NCBI RefSeq assembly: GCF_006345805.1
Contig: NC_043010.1
Location: 806,001 to 870,000, forward strand
Length of the DNA stretch: 64,000 nucleotides
Direction: 5' to 3'
Source of the DNA: Octopus sinensis
Taxonomy: Eukaryota
How positions within the stretch are numbered: position 1 is the stretch's first letter; each line of letters opens with the position of its first letter. The position numbers and the translations under genes were made by a program. This document shows, one piece after another, positions 59,554 to 64,000 of this stretch. The notes below the pieces were generated by a model, which worked only from the letters and a program-made list of their open reading frames with translations, had not been told where the DNA came from and did not search any database.

Positions 59554-60382
59554 CATGGCCTCTGCCCTTTGTAGCATGTTGGTCTCATACATCCACCACT
59601 CAAGTACATCTGACCTACACAATTTTCCATCATTCAGAATCCTTGGTGCAGGAAACTCACCTATGTAGAGGGTGTGTGAGTGAGGGAGGCTACATGGTCT
59701 AGTGGTTCAGGCATTTTGTTCAAAATCACAAGGTTGTGGGTTCAGTTTCTCGACAGGGGACACCACATTGTGTCCTTGAGCAAGGTGTTTTATTCCATGT
59801 TGCTGCAGTCAGTTCAGCAAAAACTGATTACCAGCCTAAAACCGATGCAGCCTTTACTCCCATCACTGTCACATTGACAGTGCATTTCATTAACAAAAAA
59901 ATATACCATATGTATATTAGAAAAATCTTATTGGCAGTTTGCATTGTAAATCTTCAGAGATTGTATGAATGATTTACAATTTACAATTTAGTATATTGTA
60001 TAAACCTAAACCTAAGCCAAACCCAGATCAAGTATCATTATGGATACTGTAGTAGACTACATTCCAAAAGTAGCACTGCATAACTTTCATTGGTAAATTT
60101 CTAAATTTATACTGGATTGCCTGCATTGTTATAGCAGTATATTGAATGATATAACATTGTTGGCAGTCTAATGAAACTATTGAGAGTTATGCAATCTCTG
60201 AGGATTCGACAGTGCAATCTGCTTTTGTATTAATCCCTCTATAACGGTTTTTCTTTTGTATAATTGTCAAGGAAACTCATGTAAGATGATGTAACTATAT
60301 ACTTTACCAACTGCTATACTGTTTATCTTTCAGCATATATATATATATATATAGGCCCACAAATATATGTAAATGTAGATAC

Positions 60383-60419
<37 letters not shown>

Positions 60420-60474
60420 CACACACATACATAACCGCGATATAAATTTCGATTCTCCTTTATTATAAATTCAT

Positions 60475-60509
<35 letters not shown>

Positions 60510-61016
60510 CTTTTAATTGTTTCAGTCATTTGACTACGGCCATGCTGGAGCACCACCTTAAAGAATTTTAGCTGAAGAAATCAACCCCAGGACTTATTCT
60601 TTGTAAGCCTAGTACTTATTCTATCAGTCTCTTTTGCTGAACCACTAAGTTACAGGGATGTAAACACACTAACGTTGGTAGTCAAGTGATGGTGGGGACA
60701 AACTCTGACCCACATACATAAATAATTATATATACATAAATATATACAATGGGATCCTTTCAGTTTCCATCTACCAAATCCACTCAGAAGACTTTGGTTG
60801 GCCTGAGGCTATTGTAGAAGAAATTTGCCCAAGGTGCCACGCAGTAGGACTGAACCCCAAACCATGTGGTTGAGAAGCAAACTTCTTACCACACAGCCAT
60901 ACCTGTGCCTATATAAATATATATACATACATACATATACATATATATACATACATACATATACATATATATATATATAGATATAGATACATACATATAT
61001 ATATATATAGATATAG

Positions 61017-61053
<37 letters not shown>

Positions 61054-61193
61054 CACACAAACACATACACACAAACACATACACATGCACTTTTAAATAT
61101 ATAAACTCACACATATGAATACATAATACATAATACAAATGTATACACACACCCACACATATATTAATATATACACACACATCAACAAATATA

Positions 61194-61228
<35 letters not shown>

Positions 61229-63499
61229 TGATATACACACACATGTACATATATATACACCACACACATATCTATTTTTTACTTGTTTCAGTCATTGATC
61301 TGCAGCCCCATCTGGGGCACCACCGTGAGTGTTTAGTCAAAGAAATTGGTTCCAATACCAATTTCTAAGTCTTTTTTTTATTCCATTGGCCTCTACTACC
61401 AAAGTGCAAAATTAGGGAGATGTAAATAAACCAACAATGATTATGAAGTGATGTTGAGGTGGGATGGGGGGGAAATACACACACAGACGCACATGTATGT
61501 ATGTATGTATGTATGTATATGAAGAGCTTCTACATGGTTTCCCTCTTCCAAATTCACACACAAGACATTGGCTCACTAGGGACTAAAATCGAAGGCACTT
61601 ACTCGTTCAAGGTGCCATGCGGTAGGAATGAACCAAAAGCCACATGGCTGCAACACAAGCTTCTTAACCCCATACACACATATACATATATATTTTCATG
61701 CATGCATTCTAATATATGTGTGCGTGGGCTCTGCATGTTACCAACTCTATGTATTTGCAATAAACATACACTTCATTTAAATGGCTCTGCAGAAGCTATA
61801 AAATGTTGCATGAGCACTCAGCTCTCAGTGTAATACTTCTTATAGCAAAAACGACTGTAAGTCAATGAATGTTACAAAGAGAGAGAGAGAGAGAAAGAAA
61901 GAAAGTATGCATGAAGCTTGGGTTTAGTCCCTCTGCGCAGCACCTTCAGCAAGTATCTTCTACTGTAGCCCCAGGTTGACTACAGCCATGTGAGTGGATT
62001 TGAAAGAAACCCATCATGTGTGTGTGTGTGTGTGTGCACGTATGTGTGTGTTTGTGTGTGTGTGTGTGTGCATGTGTGTGTTTGTAGCCCTGTCATGATA
62101 TCATATGATGATTATAAATGAGCATCATCATCATTATACAATCAATGTTCTTCATTTCCTGGCTTTCACGAAAAACATGTCTGACCCTGGGGGAAGTATT
62201 ACTTTGCTTGGAATAAGATGAGGGTTGGTAACAGGAAAGGCATTCAGCCGTACAAATATCAGTCTCAACAGCTTCTGTCTGACACATGCAAGCATGCTGA
62301 AGTGAATATTAAATGATGATAATATGTGTGCACGTGCACACACACACACACACACATATATGCATGCACACACACATTTTGAAAAATATGCACGCTTTTA
62401 ATATCAAACCAAAATAATTACATATGTGTGTAAGTGTGTGTAAGAATGCATGTTTATGTATACTGTATATTTATAAATGCATATCTATATACGTCTAGTA
62501 ATTATTACAGCAATGTCATAAATACATAAAATTCATGTACTACATGATATAATACATGTGTGTGTGTGTGTGCGTGTGATGCAATATTATAAAATATAAT
62601 TTAATATTAAATTTAATGTTATTATATTATTATTAATATGATACATACATACATTTATATAAATACACATGCACACTCACATATATATACTCACACACAC
62701 ACATTTTCATATACGTACATGTGTGTTTATGCTAAAATATATATTCTTACACACACACACGCACTCAAACATAGAAACACAAATGTGTCTGTCAATATCT
62801 ATGCATGGAAGCCTGCCTCTGTGTGTTTGCGAGCGTGTGCATGCGTGTGCATGTCCAAGTATATGTATGCGATCATACTTATGTATTATTCAAAATTTCA
62901 TTAAGTCTAATGTAATTCAGGTTGTTTTCATTAAAACTGGCATAAATATTTGCTCAAGAGATATAAATTGAAGATGTAGTCCTAATGTGTGTATATACAT
63001 GCATATACATGCATATATATATATGTGCATGGGCATCTGTATATATACATATAGTTATCTCTTACTCCCTCTTTCTCATTATATCCATACATGTGTACAC
63101 ACACACACACACACATACATAACACACATGTATATACATATTGCTTGGAATTTAATAAAACTGGTTGTAAATAGTATTTTCGCTTCGACCTCAAACCAAA
63201 GTTGTTCCTCAAGGAGTTGGTTCAATACAACTTAATGAATCTTAATAATTTCAAGCAAACACACAGGGAGCAACTGATTGACAGAATCTGTTGAGCACCA
63301 AGCAGAATGCATTGTGGTATTTAGATCAGTCTTTTTTAGGTATGAGTTCAAATCCTACCAAGACCAGATTTACCTTTTATCTTTTAGGCAACATTTTATT
63401 TTCTGCCAAGCAACTCAGTGTATAATAGTGTAAACATACAAACATCCCTATATTTCCAAACCCAGCTGCATTTCACATGGAATTGTTGGCCCTCCAATG

Positions 63500-63910
63500 T
63501 TGCCCTGATATTTGATTTTATATGGGACTGAAATTTGGACCTTCACCAAAAAGCTTGCAAACAAATAGATGGCTGCTACAGAAGAATGTTAAGAATGGTT
63601 CTGAATATTACATGGAGTGCTCGTTAAACCAATAAGCAGCTTTACCAAGATCTAACCAAAGTGACAGACAAGATTCAGCAGAAAAGGATATTGCTGGTCA
63701 TTGTGTCCGGCACCTGGAAGGACCTGTGTGTGTCAACTGGTCTTATGGCAGTCAGTTGATGGGAGGAATCTATTGGAGAAGGAAGCGTCTAACCTATGTA
63801 GACAACTTGTCACAGGACAGAGGAATGGCAAATGTTGATGAATTCAGAATATGCATGAGGTACCGTGATGGATGGTGTGCACATGTGAAATCATCGAAGC
63901 GTCTGGCCAC
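63500..63910 (+). mobile_element. Decayed RTE-like LINE, region C-terminal to the RT
   Basis: LYGTEIWTFTKKLANK.DGCYRRMLRMVLNITW...TNKQLYQDLTKVTDKIQQKR..AGHCVRH...RKRLTYVDNL, with frameshifts. Confidence 0.8.
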
Positions 63911-64000
63911 TAAGCCATGTGTCTTTACAAGAAGCTGAGTGGACTGGAGCAACATGAAATGAAATGCTTTGCTCAAGAATACAATGCAGTGCCTGGTCCA

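Overview
Eukaryotic, AT-rich, microsatellite-saturated DNA. The repeat families resemble those of octopod cephalopods (inference from recalled repeat types, not a database match). No prokaryotic features, rRNA, bona fide tRNA or CRISPR array was found, and nearly all ORF-track entries are microsatellite or repeat artefacts. The window appears to be mostly intron of a minus-strand gene that cannot be named: five phase-compatible GT-AG exons (38179-38014, 30008-29659, 22450-22364, 21458-21366, 18661-18614) give a 247-aa S/T/P-rich polypeptide with several Tyr motifs, plus a possible frame-coupled cassette exon. Around it are several tRNA-head SINE families, decayed RTE, Dong/R4-like, HERO-like and Penelope-like retroelement fragments, two internally deleted Tc1/mariner elements (one DD37D), MITEs, long hairpins, an intact minimal hammerhead ribozyme (9535-9572) and a 4.85-kb degenerate (TTA)n array.
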